From positions 31,024-95,023 of the forward strand of contig VMGF01000003.1 of assembly GCA_007376445.1 (NCBI GenBank): 64,000 nt of DNA, written 5' to 3'. Position numbers and translations under genes: made by a program. The notes under the pieces were generated by a model that made no database searches, was not told the DNA's origin, and worked only from the letters and a program-made list of their open reading frames with translations. Within the stretch, counting starts at the first letter, position 1. Every line of letters starts with the position of its first letter. Positions 1-8,312 of the stretch are shown here, piece after piece. Source of the stretch: Parcubacteria group bacterium Gr01-1014_3. Lineage in GTDB: Bacteria; Patescibacteriota; Minisyncoccia; UBA6257; WO2-44-18.

Positions 1-60
1 CGAATGATGGATTCGTAATTCGTTTATTCGCTTGTTCGTATTGATTCGATATTCGTAATA

Positions 61-525
61 TTACTTCTTTTTCGTGTAGTTTAAAACTATCTTCTGCCCA
101 TCCTTCATTACTAAATTACCCAATTCAAGGCTTGGCTTCTCATCCACGGTCATTACTACATCATATCCCTCTCGCTCAATGGTTTTACCCCAAAGGCCGA
201 AAAATTCTCCCAGCAGATAGTCGCGGGCAACCTGCGCCTCAATGTGAATAGTTCCGGTGGTGTCATGCATATGGATCGGACGGTGACAGCTACCCTCCAA
301 GCCAAGGTCGGCCGGAATCGGATCATCTTCGCCATCAACCAAAATTTTCAGCACTGGATGCCAGTGTAGGGCCAGCTGCACATTCGGGAGTAAGCAAGGC
401 AAGTTCGCGACATTCACGGTACTCGCGGTGCCGTTAGATCCGCCCTTTAATTTCGGCCCAACAAAAACTACCGCCATCACCAAAACTACCGCTCCAATTA
501 CCCAATTTTGATATTTGCTCATCAT
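61..525 (-). CDS. hypothetical membrane-anchored His-rich protein (N-terminal TM helix; HWHP / HRPIHMH motifs suggest metal binding)
   Basis: ORF track; N-terminal hydrophobic helix; no family recognised. Confidence 0.4.
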   Translation of the reverse strand: MMSKYQNWVIGAVVLVMAVVFVGPKLKGGSNGTASTVNVANLPCLLPNVQLALHWHPVLKILVDGEDDPIPADLGLEGSCHRPIHMHDTTGTIHIEAQVARDYLLGEFFGLWGKTIEREGYDVVMTVDEKPSLELGNLVMKDGQKIVLNYTKKK

Positions 526-609
526 AGTGGTTTTATAGTAATATAAATCTGCTTAATGGGCAATTGCTCATTAACTTGCGGGGTGTCCCATTAGACGATC
601 CCGCAATAT

Positions 610-680
610 TGCGGGATCGTCTAATGGTAGGACGTCGCTCTCTGAAAGCGAAAATTTTGGTTCGATTCCAAGTCCCGCAG
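610..680 (+). tRNA. tRNA-Gln (anticodon CTG)
   Basis: Manual cloverleaf: acceptor TGCGGGA/TCCCGCA, D-arm GTCTAATGGTAGGAC, anticodon loop CTCTGAA, T-arm TTTGG-TTCGATT-CCAAG, discriminator G. Confidence 0.7.
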
Positions 681-738
681 CATATAGAGTTGGCTTAGCG
701 AGGAACGAGCTTAGCAACTCTTATGCCCCGCCATAGGC

Positions 739-1011
739 GTGGGCAAAAAAACTATGTACTATGTCTATATTCTTGAGTGCCAGGATAAAACGCTTTACAC
801 CGGAATTACTACCGATATCCAACGCCGTTTCAAAGAGCATAGTCTGGGAATAGGAAGCGCGTACACCAGGGCCAAAAAAGTAAATAAAGTTTTATATACC
901 GAGCAATTTAAAACAAGAAGCGAAGCTCAAAAGCGTGAAGCCGAAATCAAAAGCTGGCGCCGCGATAAAAAAATAAAATTAATAAAAAAGACCCGCAAGG
1001 TTTTACCTTGA
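739..1011 (+). CDS. GIY-YIG nuclease superfamily protein (UPF0213/YhbQ-like)
   Basis: YVYILECQDKTLYTGITTDIQRRFKEH is a classic GIY-YIG N-terminal motif. Confidence 0.8.
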   Translation: MGKKTMYYVYILECQDKTLYTGITTDIQRRFKEHSLGIGSAYTRAKKVNKVLYTEQFKTRSEAQKREAEIKSWRRDKKIKLIKKTRKVLP

Positions 1012-1026
1012 ACGGGTCTTCGTGAT

Positions 1027-1296
1027 TCAAACAGAATCCACGCACTGGCGGCAGTAAGCCGATCTGGGTTCGTCTGGGGCGAGTGCGTTGCCACAGTGAC
1101 TGCAAAATCTGTCAGCTGCGGGTTCCGGCAGTTTCGTCTTCGGCGGCTCTTCCACCTCGACTTTCACCTGCGGTGGATCATCCGCCGTGCAGTAGCTAGG
1201 ACACCAACCCTCGCCGTCCAACTCGCCACCACACCGGCTACAGTGCGTCGCGATCCATTCAACATATCCTGGTTTCGCCACGGGGCCTCCTTTCAA
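1027..1296 (-). CDS. hypothetical double zinc-ribbon protein (CxxC...CxxC x2)
   Basis: CSRCGG...CPSYC and CSHCGN...CRQC cysteine pairs. Confidence 0.4.
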   Translation of the reverse strand: MKGGPVAKPGYVEWIATHCSRCGGELDGEGWCPSYCTADDPPQVKVEVEEPPKTKLPEPAADRFCSHCGNALAPDEPRSAYCRQCVDSV

Positions 1297-1340
1297 TTCT
1301 TGGAATATTATAACTTATTTTTTAGCAACAGTCAATTCTA

Positions 1341-1376
1341 TCCCCCCCCACTTTCTCCTTCCAAACTGCTTAAGAG
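1341..1376. repeat. degenerate duplicate of the 3' coding end of the DEAD-box helicase gene (direct repeat partner of 1775..1808)
   Basis: The reverse complement reads KQFGRRKWGG, against KQFGRRKWGR* at the real helicase C-terminus; about 28 of 33 nt identical. Confidence 0.6.
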
Positions 1377-1393
1377 CATTATATAATTCAATA

Positions 1394-1738
1394 ATGTCAG
1401 AAACATTTAATCCACAATCTCAAGAGCGCCCTCCTGAAGACCCCTTGAAAAAAGAGCGGATAGAAAACGTGACCAAAGCACTTACTGAGGCTGAGGCAAT
1501 TTTTGAAGCCGAGGGCAGAGAGAAGGCAAAGTCACTTTTGCCGAGAATTTACGATGATTTAATTGTGTTAAACAAAAGAAGCAAAGAAGAGTGGGAAACT
1601 GTCTGGGTTTGGAATTCAGACGGAGATTTGACTGAAGAAGAATTTAACTCCCTGGATCATCGTAGAAGGCTATTATCCAATGCTATTGGTATTCTGACAG
1701 CATCGGGCGAAATCAGGCACGATCTAAACAAAATTTAA
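1394..1738 (+). CDS. hypothetical acidic protein lying between the two helicase-3'-end repeats
   Basis: ORF; TATATAAT -10-like box just upstream; rho-independent terminator just downstream. Confidence 0.5.
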   Translation: MSETFNPQSQERPPEDPLKKERIENVTKALTEAEAIFEAEGREKAKSLLPRIYDDLIVLNKRSKEEWETVWVWNSDGDLTEEEFNSLDHRRRLLSNAIGILTASGEIRHDLNKI

Positions 1739-1741
1739 AAT

Positions 1742-1774
1742 AAAAAAGACCCGATAGCTACCGGGTCTTTTTTA
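1742..1774. terminator. bidirectional rho-independent terminator (GACCCG...CGGGTC with A-run and T-run)
   Basis: Hairpin plus flanking A and T tracts between convergent genes. Confidence 0.7.
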
Positions 1775-3109
1775 TCTCCCCCACTTCCTTCTTCCAAACT
1801 GCTTGCTTGGGCCGGAAAAACCACTCGGGCGAGAAGATGGGCGTCCACCGCCAAAACCTGGGCGGGGTGCTTGCCCGCCGTGGCGGGGACCACCAAAGCC
1901 TGGCCTGCGACCAAAACCGGGACGGCTACCAAAACCTGGCCGACCACCTTCAAAGGCTGGCCGAGCTAACCTAACCGGCGCGCGATGCGGCGGAAGCTGT
2001 GGAACTTTAGAAAGCGGCAAAGCGCCACGCATCAGACGCTCGATATCCCGGACATCACCCTTCTGATTCGGCTCGGCAAAAGAAATAGCGTGACCCTCTT
2101 CACCGGCCCGGCCTGTGCGGCCAATGCGATGGATATAATCCTCGGCGCTTTGCGGAAGATCAAAGTTAATGACCAGCTCGATGCCTTTTACATCAATACC
2201 GCGAGCGGCGATATCCGTGGCCACCAGAATCCGATAACGTCCATTTTTAAAACCCTCCAAGGCATCCCGGCGCTGGCCAAGAGAACGATTAGAATGCAGC
2301 TCTGCTACCGTGTACCCAAAGGTACGAACTGACACGGTGATCTTTTTGGCGCCATATTTTGTGCGAGTGAACACCAAGACTGAACCTTTATATTCGCCCA
2401 ATAATTTTTCTAAAAGACGGACTTTGTCCATTTTTTCCAAAAAGAAAAGCTCGTGAGTAACTTTAGCCGCGGCGGTGCCTTGCGGAGCTACTTCCACGCG
2501 AAGTGGCAACCTCATCACCGATTTTGCCATCGATACGATACTTTCCGGCATCGTCGCGGAGAAAAGCATGGTCTGTCGCTCACGCGGTACCACGGCAAGA
2601 ATACGATTTAATTGCGGCGCGAAACCCATGTCCAACATTCTATCCGCTTCATCCAATACCAAGACCTCCACACCAGAAAGCGAGACGGTCCTTTGCTGAA
2701 TATGATCCACGATCCTGCCCGGAGTGCCGATGATAATGTTCGGATTTTTCTTTAGCATGCTCATTTGACGGCTCATTGAGTCGCCACCGATCACGATCAC
2801 GGATTTCAAACCAAGCGGGCCGGCGATCTTTTCAAAAGTTTCATGAACTTGATAAGCCAATTCCCTAGTAGGCAAAACTACCAAGCCCAACTTGCCTTTA
2901 AGCGCGGCCTGGATCATCGGGATACCAAAAGCGAGCGTCTTACCGGTGCCGGTCTGCGCGATACCCATCAAATCCTTGCCCTCCAAGGCAGACGGAATAC
3001 ACCTCTCCTGAATCGGTGTTGGGGTCGTAAAATTGAGCTTATCTAGCAACGCTAAGATATTGGGAGCGATGCCTAATTTGTAAAAACCGGAAGATTCATT
3101 CACGCCCAT
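1772..3109 (-). CDS. DEAD-box ATP-dependent RNA helicase with C-terminal Gly/Arg-rich (RPGFG) tail
   Basis: AQTGTGKT (motif I), PTRELA, VLDEADRMLDMGF (DEAD), SAT, HRIGRTGR motifs. Confidence 0.9.
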   Translation of the reverse strand: MGVNESSGFYKLGIAPNILALLDKLNFTTPTPIQERCIPSALEGKDLMGIAQTGTGKTLAFGIPMIQAALKGKLGLVVLPTRELAYQVHETFEKIAGPLGLKSVIVIGGDSMSRQMSMLKKNPNIIIGTPGRIVDHIQQRTVSLSGVEVLVLDEADRMLDMGFAPQLNRILAVVPRERQTMLFSATMPESIVSMAKSVMRLPLRVEVAPQGTAAAKVTHELFFLEKMDKVRLLEKLLGEYKGSVLVFTRTKYGAKKITVSVRTFGYTVAELHSNRSLGQRRDALEGFKNGRYRILVATDIAARGIDVKGIELVINFDLPQSAEDYIHRIGRTGRAGEEGHAISFAEPNQKGDVRDIERLMRGALPLSKVPQLPPHRAPVRLARPAFEGGRPGFGSRPGFGRRPGFGGPRHGGQAPRPGFGGGRPSSRPSGFSGPSKQFGRRKWGR

Positions 3110-3154
3110 AGTCTACCATAAAACTGGATAAAATGCACGCATTCCTATATTATC

Positions 3155-3631
3155 TTGAATAAGATGACTATTCGGATAGCAAATAAACAAGATCTTCCCT
3201 CGATCCTCAAAATGGCTTCGGAGATGATCGATTATCATCATTCGCTGGATAAGTACTACAAGCCATCCGCGGACTATAAAAATCTGGAGGAAACGATGAC
3301 TGCCGACCTCAACGATAAAGATGTCGTGTTTTTAATCGCCGAGGAAAATGGAAAGACTCTAGGCTATATCCGCGGCGTAGTGGAATCGGCGCCGGAGTAC
3401 ATCAAACCGAAAAAGATCGGCGTGGTTTTTGACGCTTTCGTGGAAGATAACGCGCGCGAAAGTGGGATCGGAAAACAGCTTTTTGAAGAACTGAAAAAAT
3501 GGTTCGCCACCAAAAAAGTTAAACACCTGGAGTTGAGCGTGGACGCCCGCAACTCCGCCGGTATCGCCTTTTGGAAAAAGCTCGGCTTCTCGGATTACAA
3601 ACTCCGCCTGCGCCAAGAACTCAATGATTAG
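3155..3631 (+). CDS. GNAT family N-acetyltransferase
   Basis: GIGKQLFEEL...ARNSAGIAFWKKLGF acetyl-CoA binding pattern. Confidence 0.75.
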   Translation: MNKMTIRIANKQDLPSILKMASEMIDYHHSLDKYYKPSADYKNLEETMTADLNDKDVVFLIAEENGKTLGYIRGVVESAPEYIKPKKIGVVFDAFVEDNARESGIGKQLFEELKKWFATKKVKHLELSVDARNSAGIAFWKKLGFSDYKLRLRQELND

Positions 3632-5171
3632 TCTTAAAAGCTGGGGCGTGCCTTTCCTGGCCCTGCTGGCGATAATCGCTTTTTTCCAGTTCGTCTCACC
3701 CAATATCCCCGAATCCGACAGCTTCTACTATATGGGCCTCGGCGCTCTTTATAGCGAACAGGGTATTTTCAACGTGGATTTCCCTTGGATCTTCCACTCC
3801 ACCATCCACACATTCTCTTCCTCGCTCTGGTGGGGGTTTGGAGTGGTGATGCTCCCTTTTTCCCTGCTACCGGACCAATTGCTAGCGATTAAAATTGCCG
3901 GCCTGATCTTCGGTTCGCTGGCGCTTTACGCCTACTATTATGTATCGCGGCGAGAAGATTTAGTGATGCCGCTTTTCTGGCCATTTCTGCTTTTCTTTTC
4001 GGCTCCCAATATCCTCTCCCGCTTCCTGATGGTGCGCCCGCAGATCATCTCCTTGCCGCTGAGCTTTTTATTGTTCTCCGGCCTGCTTAATAATCAATCC
4101 TGGCTGGTTTTCCTCGCTTCTTTTGGCATTGCCTGGTTCCATCTTAACTTTGCCTGGGTGCCGATAATGCTTTTGGTAATCGTGATGACGGCAAAATTAT
4201 TTTTCGAGAAATCTTTTAACTGGAAACCGGCTATGGCCGTGCTGAGCGGCGTACTTTTGGGCTGGGTCGCCCGCCCACAATTCTGGAACGCGGCCAATCT
4301 TTTTTATATCCAGATCTTCCAGCAAATCTTTGAGAAGCAGGGTGGCCTACCGCTTCTTTTTGGCAAAGAAAACCTCCCCCTCCCAGCCTCGATTCTATTC
4401 GGCAATTTTCTTATTATCCTAATCCTTTGGCTTGCCGTGATCGGCGTTGCCGCCTGGATGAGTTCGCGTTCCAGCCGATTTCAGTTGGGAGCCAAAGAAA
4501 AGATAACTCTTTGGACCAGTATAGCGATCTCCTCGATCTTCTTTTTGCTTTCTATTGTAGTGGCGCGCCGAGCCTATGATTTCTGGGTCGCTTTTGGCGT
4601 GCTCGCCATCGCCATGGCCTATTCGATTATTGTCCGGAACTCCACTCACCTACGTCTCCAATCGCTCGCTAACAATCTTATGATCGGCCTTTGGGCCGCG
4701 CTGGTTTTCCTGGCCTTATTCTCGGGTATTAAAATAATCGACGCCCTGAAACAAAGTTACGCGCCAAATGAACTCCAGGAAGTCTCCCTCTGGCTCAAGA
4801 GCAACTCCAAGCCAGGCGAGATCGTTTTTAATCTTCACTGGGCCGACTTCTCGCCGCTCTTTTTCTGGAATCGGAATAATTATTATGTTGGTGGCCTGGA
4901 TCCGATCTTCCAGTACTCCTATGACCCAAGTCTTTACTGGAAATTCCACTATCTTTCTACTGACCAAGTTACCAAAAAAACCTGCGGTGCTATCGAATGC
5001 ACCTCGGATCAACTCGTGGATACCTACGGTGTTTTGAAAAATGATTTTAACGCGAAATATGTCGTGCTGACTAAAAAAGAAAATCCAGCGGTCTTCCAAT
5101 ACCTCTCCTCTGACTCGCATTATGTAAAAAGTTTTGAGACTGAGAAGGAGGCGGTGTTTTTTATTAAATAA
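3624..5171 (+). CDS. polytopic integral membrane protein, possibly GT-C fold glycosyltransferase (PMT/ArnT-like)
   Basis: More than 10 predicted TM helices with a C-terminal soluble domain; family assignment tentative. Confidence 0.4.
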   Translation: MISLKSWGVPFLALLAIIAFFQFVSPNIPESDSFYYMGLGALYSEQGIFNVDFPWIFHSTIHTFSSSLWWGFGVVMLPFSLLPDQLLAIKIAGLIFGSLALYAYYYVSRREDLVMPLFWPFLLFFSAPNILSRFLMVRPQIISLPLSFLLFSGLLNNQSWLVFLASFGIAWFHLNFAWVPIMLLVIVMTAKLFFEKSFNWKPAMAVLSGVLLGWVARPQFWNAANLFYIQIFQQIFEKQGGLPLLFGKENLPLPASILFGNFLIILILWLAVIGVAAWMSSRSSRFQLGAKEKITLWTSIAISSIFFLLSIVVARRAYDFWVAFGVLAIAMAYSIIVRNSTHLRLQSLANNLMIGLWAALVFLALFSGIKIIDALKQSYAPNELQEVSLWLKSNSKPGEIVFNLHWADFSPLFFWNRNNYYVGGLDPIFQYSYDPSLYWKFHYLSTDQVTKKTCGAIECTSDQLVDTYGVLKNDFNAKYVVLTKKENPAVFQYLSSDSHYVKSFETEKEAVFFIK

Positions 5172-5203
5172 AAAGCCCGGTCGAATGACCGGGTGGTTTT
5201 TTT
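5171..5203. terminator. bidirectional terminator (CCCGGTCGAATGACCGGG + T-run)
   Basis: Hairpin with A and T runs between convergent genes. Confidence 0.65.
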
Positions 5204-6059
5204 AACTTGGAAGCTTTCTGGAAACGCCGACGGCGAATGGGGGTGTTAATGGGGCGCTATCACCAGCCGCAAACGACTTCCGGCTTGCTGGCCACGCCGG
5301 AAGTAGCTTTAAATCGAGCTCAATCGAAACAACCAACTCGGCCACCTGACTATGATCAAGTTTGTCCATACAGCCATAAGAGATTTTTTCCTCAAGAACT
5401 GAAATCCCTTTTGTGCGCATGATAAACACCTTGACCAATTCTTCGATAAAATAGGATTGCTCATATCCGTCGGGTAAATGGTCTAGCCGCGATTTCCAAT
5501 CATATCCGCCGCCAACCCACAAATGCGGCAGAATCGGCATCAGATACCAGCGAAGATCGCAGGTCTGTTTCTGCAAACGATCTGGCTGAATTCCAAAATG
5601 TACAAAACCAAATGACGCGTAAAGCATAGATACACGCCTGGGCTTCATGGGGTGCTGGCCATCGCTATCAAGGCCCAGAAAAGCGATATGCGTCTCGCGA
5701 ATAGTTTTGCCTTTCACAAAGGGGCAGGATGAATTGAGAACATCCGCGTCCCATGGGAATTTCGCCGCCGCGGCAAGCATGGTCTTATTAAACTTCACCT
5801 GGAAGTGTCTTTCCCAATCTTCCACGCCGAAGAAGTTCTCGGCCATAACGGCTTTCACGACCTTGTAGTCCATCGGCATATCCACTCCGCCACGGATCAT
5901 GCACTCGGCAACCTTTTTCGCGTACATCTTATCGGTCGCCAATCTCTCGAGGTGCTTCACTTCCATGCCCTGATCCACCAGCGCATCCATACAATTCAAA
6001 AGCAGCTTAAAGCTCATATTACCAACCGCGCGATCATCTTTCTCTGGCTTCACAGCCAC
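5202..6059 (-). CDS. hypothetical protein (285 aa), C-terminus low-complexity and GC-rich
   Basis: ORF only; 3' 100 nt unusually GC-rich, containing hairpin ACTTCCGGC...GCCGGAAGT. Confidence 0.35.
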   Translation of the reverse strand: MAVKPEKDDRAVGNMSFKLLLNCMDALVDQGMEVKHLERLATDKMYAKKVAECMIRGGVDMPMDYKVVKAVMAENFFGVEDWERHFQVKFNKTMLAAAAKFPWDADVLNSSCPFVKGKTIRETHIAFLGLDSDGQHPMKPRRVSMLYASFGFVHFGIQPDRLQKQTCDLRWYLMPILPHLWVGGGYDWKSRLDHLPDGYEQSYFIEELVKVFIMRTKGISVLEEKISYGCMDKLDHSQVAELVVSIELDLKLLPAWPASRKSFAAGDSAPLTPPFAVGVSRKLPS

Positions 6060-6109
6060 CTCCTCAAATAGTTAAAGTTCCGACTAGATATTACAATAAT
6101 AACTTGCTT

Positions 6110-6240
6110 TTGACAATATAAATTTTCAATTCGCAATTTTACAATTTTCAATCAATTTCCAAGCATGAATTTTCAAATAGTTTGAACTTTCGGTCTTGAC
6201 CCTTGAATGAAAATTGGTATTTGAAAATTGAGAATTAAAG
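6110..6240. repeat. intergenic repeat family A copy 1 (CAATTTTCAAT...GGTCTTGA...GAATGAAAATTGGTATTTGAAAATTGAGAATT)
   Basis: Near-identical blocks at 44075-44190, 47365-47516 and 50210-50290. Confidence 0.7.
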
Positions 6241-6245
6241 AACAT

Positions 6246-7154
6246 TTAAACTTTCAAATATCTTCGCACCGCAATCGTGCTAGAAACTCCGCCAAGAAAA
6301 ATACCAAATAAAAGCTGATAGCCAAACAATATCGGTAAATTACCAAAGAAGTAATTTGTCAGATTCATCTCCGGAATGAACGCGCCGACATAAGGCGAGG
6401 CCAGCGAAACTATCGGCGCCGCGATCATCAAGCTAATTACCGCGGCAATAGCTCCGTAAATAATGCCGTTCACCAGATAAGGCCCATTGATATACATATT
6501 AGAGGAACCCACCAGACGCATAATGCCGATCTCTTCGCGGTTGGAATAGATAGCGAGGCGGATGCTGTTGAAAGTCACCAAGGCGGCGATTAGCGCCAAG
6601 AACATCGTGGCTACCAAGCCAGAGTTCTGGAAGGTATCGATCAGGCGCGCCAAGCGATCAATCGCCAGGCGGTTTTCTGTATAGCTAACCTTTTCAATAA
6701 TCGAAGCCAGATTTTCATTGTCCAAATATTCCACGATGTTGGCATACTGCCCAGGATCATTCGCCTTAACATTCAACGCTGCGAGCAAAGGGTTGGCCTG
6801 CAATTCCGCGAGAGCCTGGGAAACGGTCGGATCATCTTTGTGGTCGTTTTTAAATATCTCTAAGGCCTTTTCTTGAGAAATATATTCCACGCTTTTTACT
6901 TCGACGAGACTTTCCATCGCCCGCTCTAATTTCAAAATTTCATCCTCTTTAGCTACATCTTTAAAATAAACGCTGATATCAATCTTGTCCTGAATTGAAG
7001 TCACCGCCACGCGGGAAATGGCGCTGAAAATGATCAGTCCGTTAAAAACTATCAGAGCCAAGATTAAGACAGCGATGGTGGTGATCGAAAGCCAGCCATT
7101 GCGGCTGAAGCTTTGAAGTCCAAACTTAATTATTCTCGCGAGTGTAGTTGCCAT
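6246..7154 (-). CDS. ftsX: cell division permease FtsX
   Basis: 4-TM topology with periplasmic domain; follows ftsE. Confidence 0.85.
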   Translation of the reverse strand: MATTLARIIKFGLQSFSRNGWLSITTIAVLILALIVFNGLIIFSAISRVAVTSIQDKIDISVYFKDVAKEDEILKLERAMESLVEVKSVEYISQEKALEIFKNDHKDDPTVSQALAELQANPLLAALNVKANDPGQYANIVEYLDNENLASIIEKVSYTENRLAIDRLARLIDTFQNSGLVATMFLALIAALVTFNSIRLAIYSNREEIGIMRLVGSSNMYINGPYLVNGIIYGAIAAVISLMIAAPIVSLASPYVGAFIPEMNLTNYFFGNLPILFGYQLLFGIFLGGVSSTIAVRRYLKV

Positions 7155-7158
7155 ATCT

Positions 7159-7839
7159 TTAATCTAGTATATATCTCCCACCCTCTTCATCTTTAATAAT
7201 TTTACCATTATCCAGGGTAATCACGCGGCGGCGAATCTTGTTGATGATTTCTTTGCTATGTGTCGCTAAAACCACCGTGGTGCCAAGTTCATTTATTTTT
7301 AAAAGCAGATTCACGATCTCCCAGGTATTATGCGGGTCCAAATTGCCGGTCGGCTCGTCGGCGATGATCACATCCGGGCGATGCACCATGGCGCGGGCGA
7401 TCGCCACCCTCTGCTTCATGCCGCCGGAAAGTTCGTGCGGGAAGCTATGCTGTTTATCCTTTAGGCCAACCATATCCAATACCTGCGGGACCAGCTCTTC
7501 GATCTCGTGCTCCGGACAGCCATTAACTTCCATCGCGAAGGCCACGTTTTCATACGCCGTCCTGGTTGGAAGTAGTTTAAAATCCTGGAACACGATACCG
7601 ATCTTCCTCCGAAGATCCGGTAGCTCTCTCATGCTTAGTTTATTCACCTCGGCAGAGCCGAAAAGAACCCTGCCTTGATTCGGTTTTTCTTCGGCAATAA
7701 GGAGCTTTACGATCGTGGACTTACCGGCGCCGGACTTACCCACCAAAGAAACAAACTCGCCAGGCGCGACTTTAAAGGAAATGTCGTCCAAAATCATCGA
7801 ATTGCCGTATTTTTTGGTTACTCCGTGGAAAGCTATCAT
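7159..7839 (-). CDS. ftsE: cell division ATP-binding protein FtsE
   Basis: GKSGAGKST Walker A, LSGGMKQR signature, IIADEPTGNLD Walker B. Confidence 0.9.
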   Translation of the reverse strand: MIAFHGVTKKYGNSMILDDISFKVAPGEFVSLVGKSGAGKSTIVKLLIAEEKPNQGRVLFGSAEVNKLSMRELPDLRRKIGIVFQDFKLLPTRTAYENVAFAMEVNGCPEHEIEELVPQVLDMVGLKDKQHSFPHELSGGMKQRVAIARAMVHRPDVIIADEPTGNLDPHNTWEIVNLLLKINELGTTVVLATHSKEIINKIRRRVITLDNGKIIKDEEGGRYILD

Positions 7840-7882
7840 AGTAGTAATCGCAAATATACAAATAAAAGATTAATATTGCGAA

Positions 7883-8293
7883 TTAAGCTACCGACGAATT
7901 CAAAATACGTCGATATTTAACTCCCTCTCTCGTAAAATATAGCAGAATTCCTAGCTTTAGACCAGCGCTTCGTAAATAAGTCAAAACCTGCTGAGTATGC
8001 ACATAACCAAACTTTTGAACGACTTTTAACTCCAAGAGAATTTTGTCATCTACAATAAAATCCGCAAAATACTTACCTATATTTTTAGCTTTGTATTCGA
8101 GCGGAATATAAACTTCCCGCTTAAATTCTAGGCCTTGTGTTTTCAATTCTTCAGCTAAAGCTCTTTGATAATCCTTTTCTGTAAATCCCCAACCTAATTC
8201 ATTAAAAACATCAAAAACAGCGCCTACAATTTTATAACTTAGCTCCGGTAAAATTACCTTATCAGCTTTTTCTATTTGCAATATTTTGTTCAT
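7883..8293 (-). CDS. GxxExxY family protein (PD-(D/E)XK nuclease-like)
   Basis: ELGWGFTEKDYQRAL carries the G-x-x-E-x-x-Y signature; paralog of 19019..19423. Confidence 0.8.
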   Translation of the reverse strand: MNKILQIEKADKVILPELSYKIVGAVFDVFNELGWGFTEKDYQRALAEELKTQGLEFKREVYIPLEYKAKNIGKYFADFIVDDKILLELKVVQKFGYVHTQQVLTYLRSAGLKLGILLYFTREGVKYRRILNSSVA

Positions 8294-8312
8294 AAATTCG
8301 CAATATTAGCGA

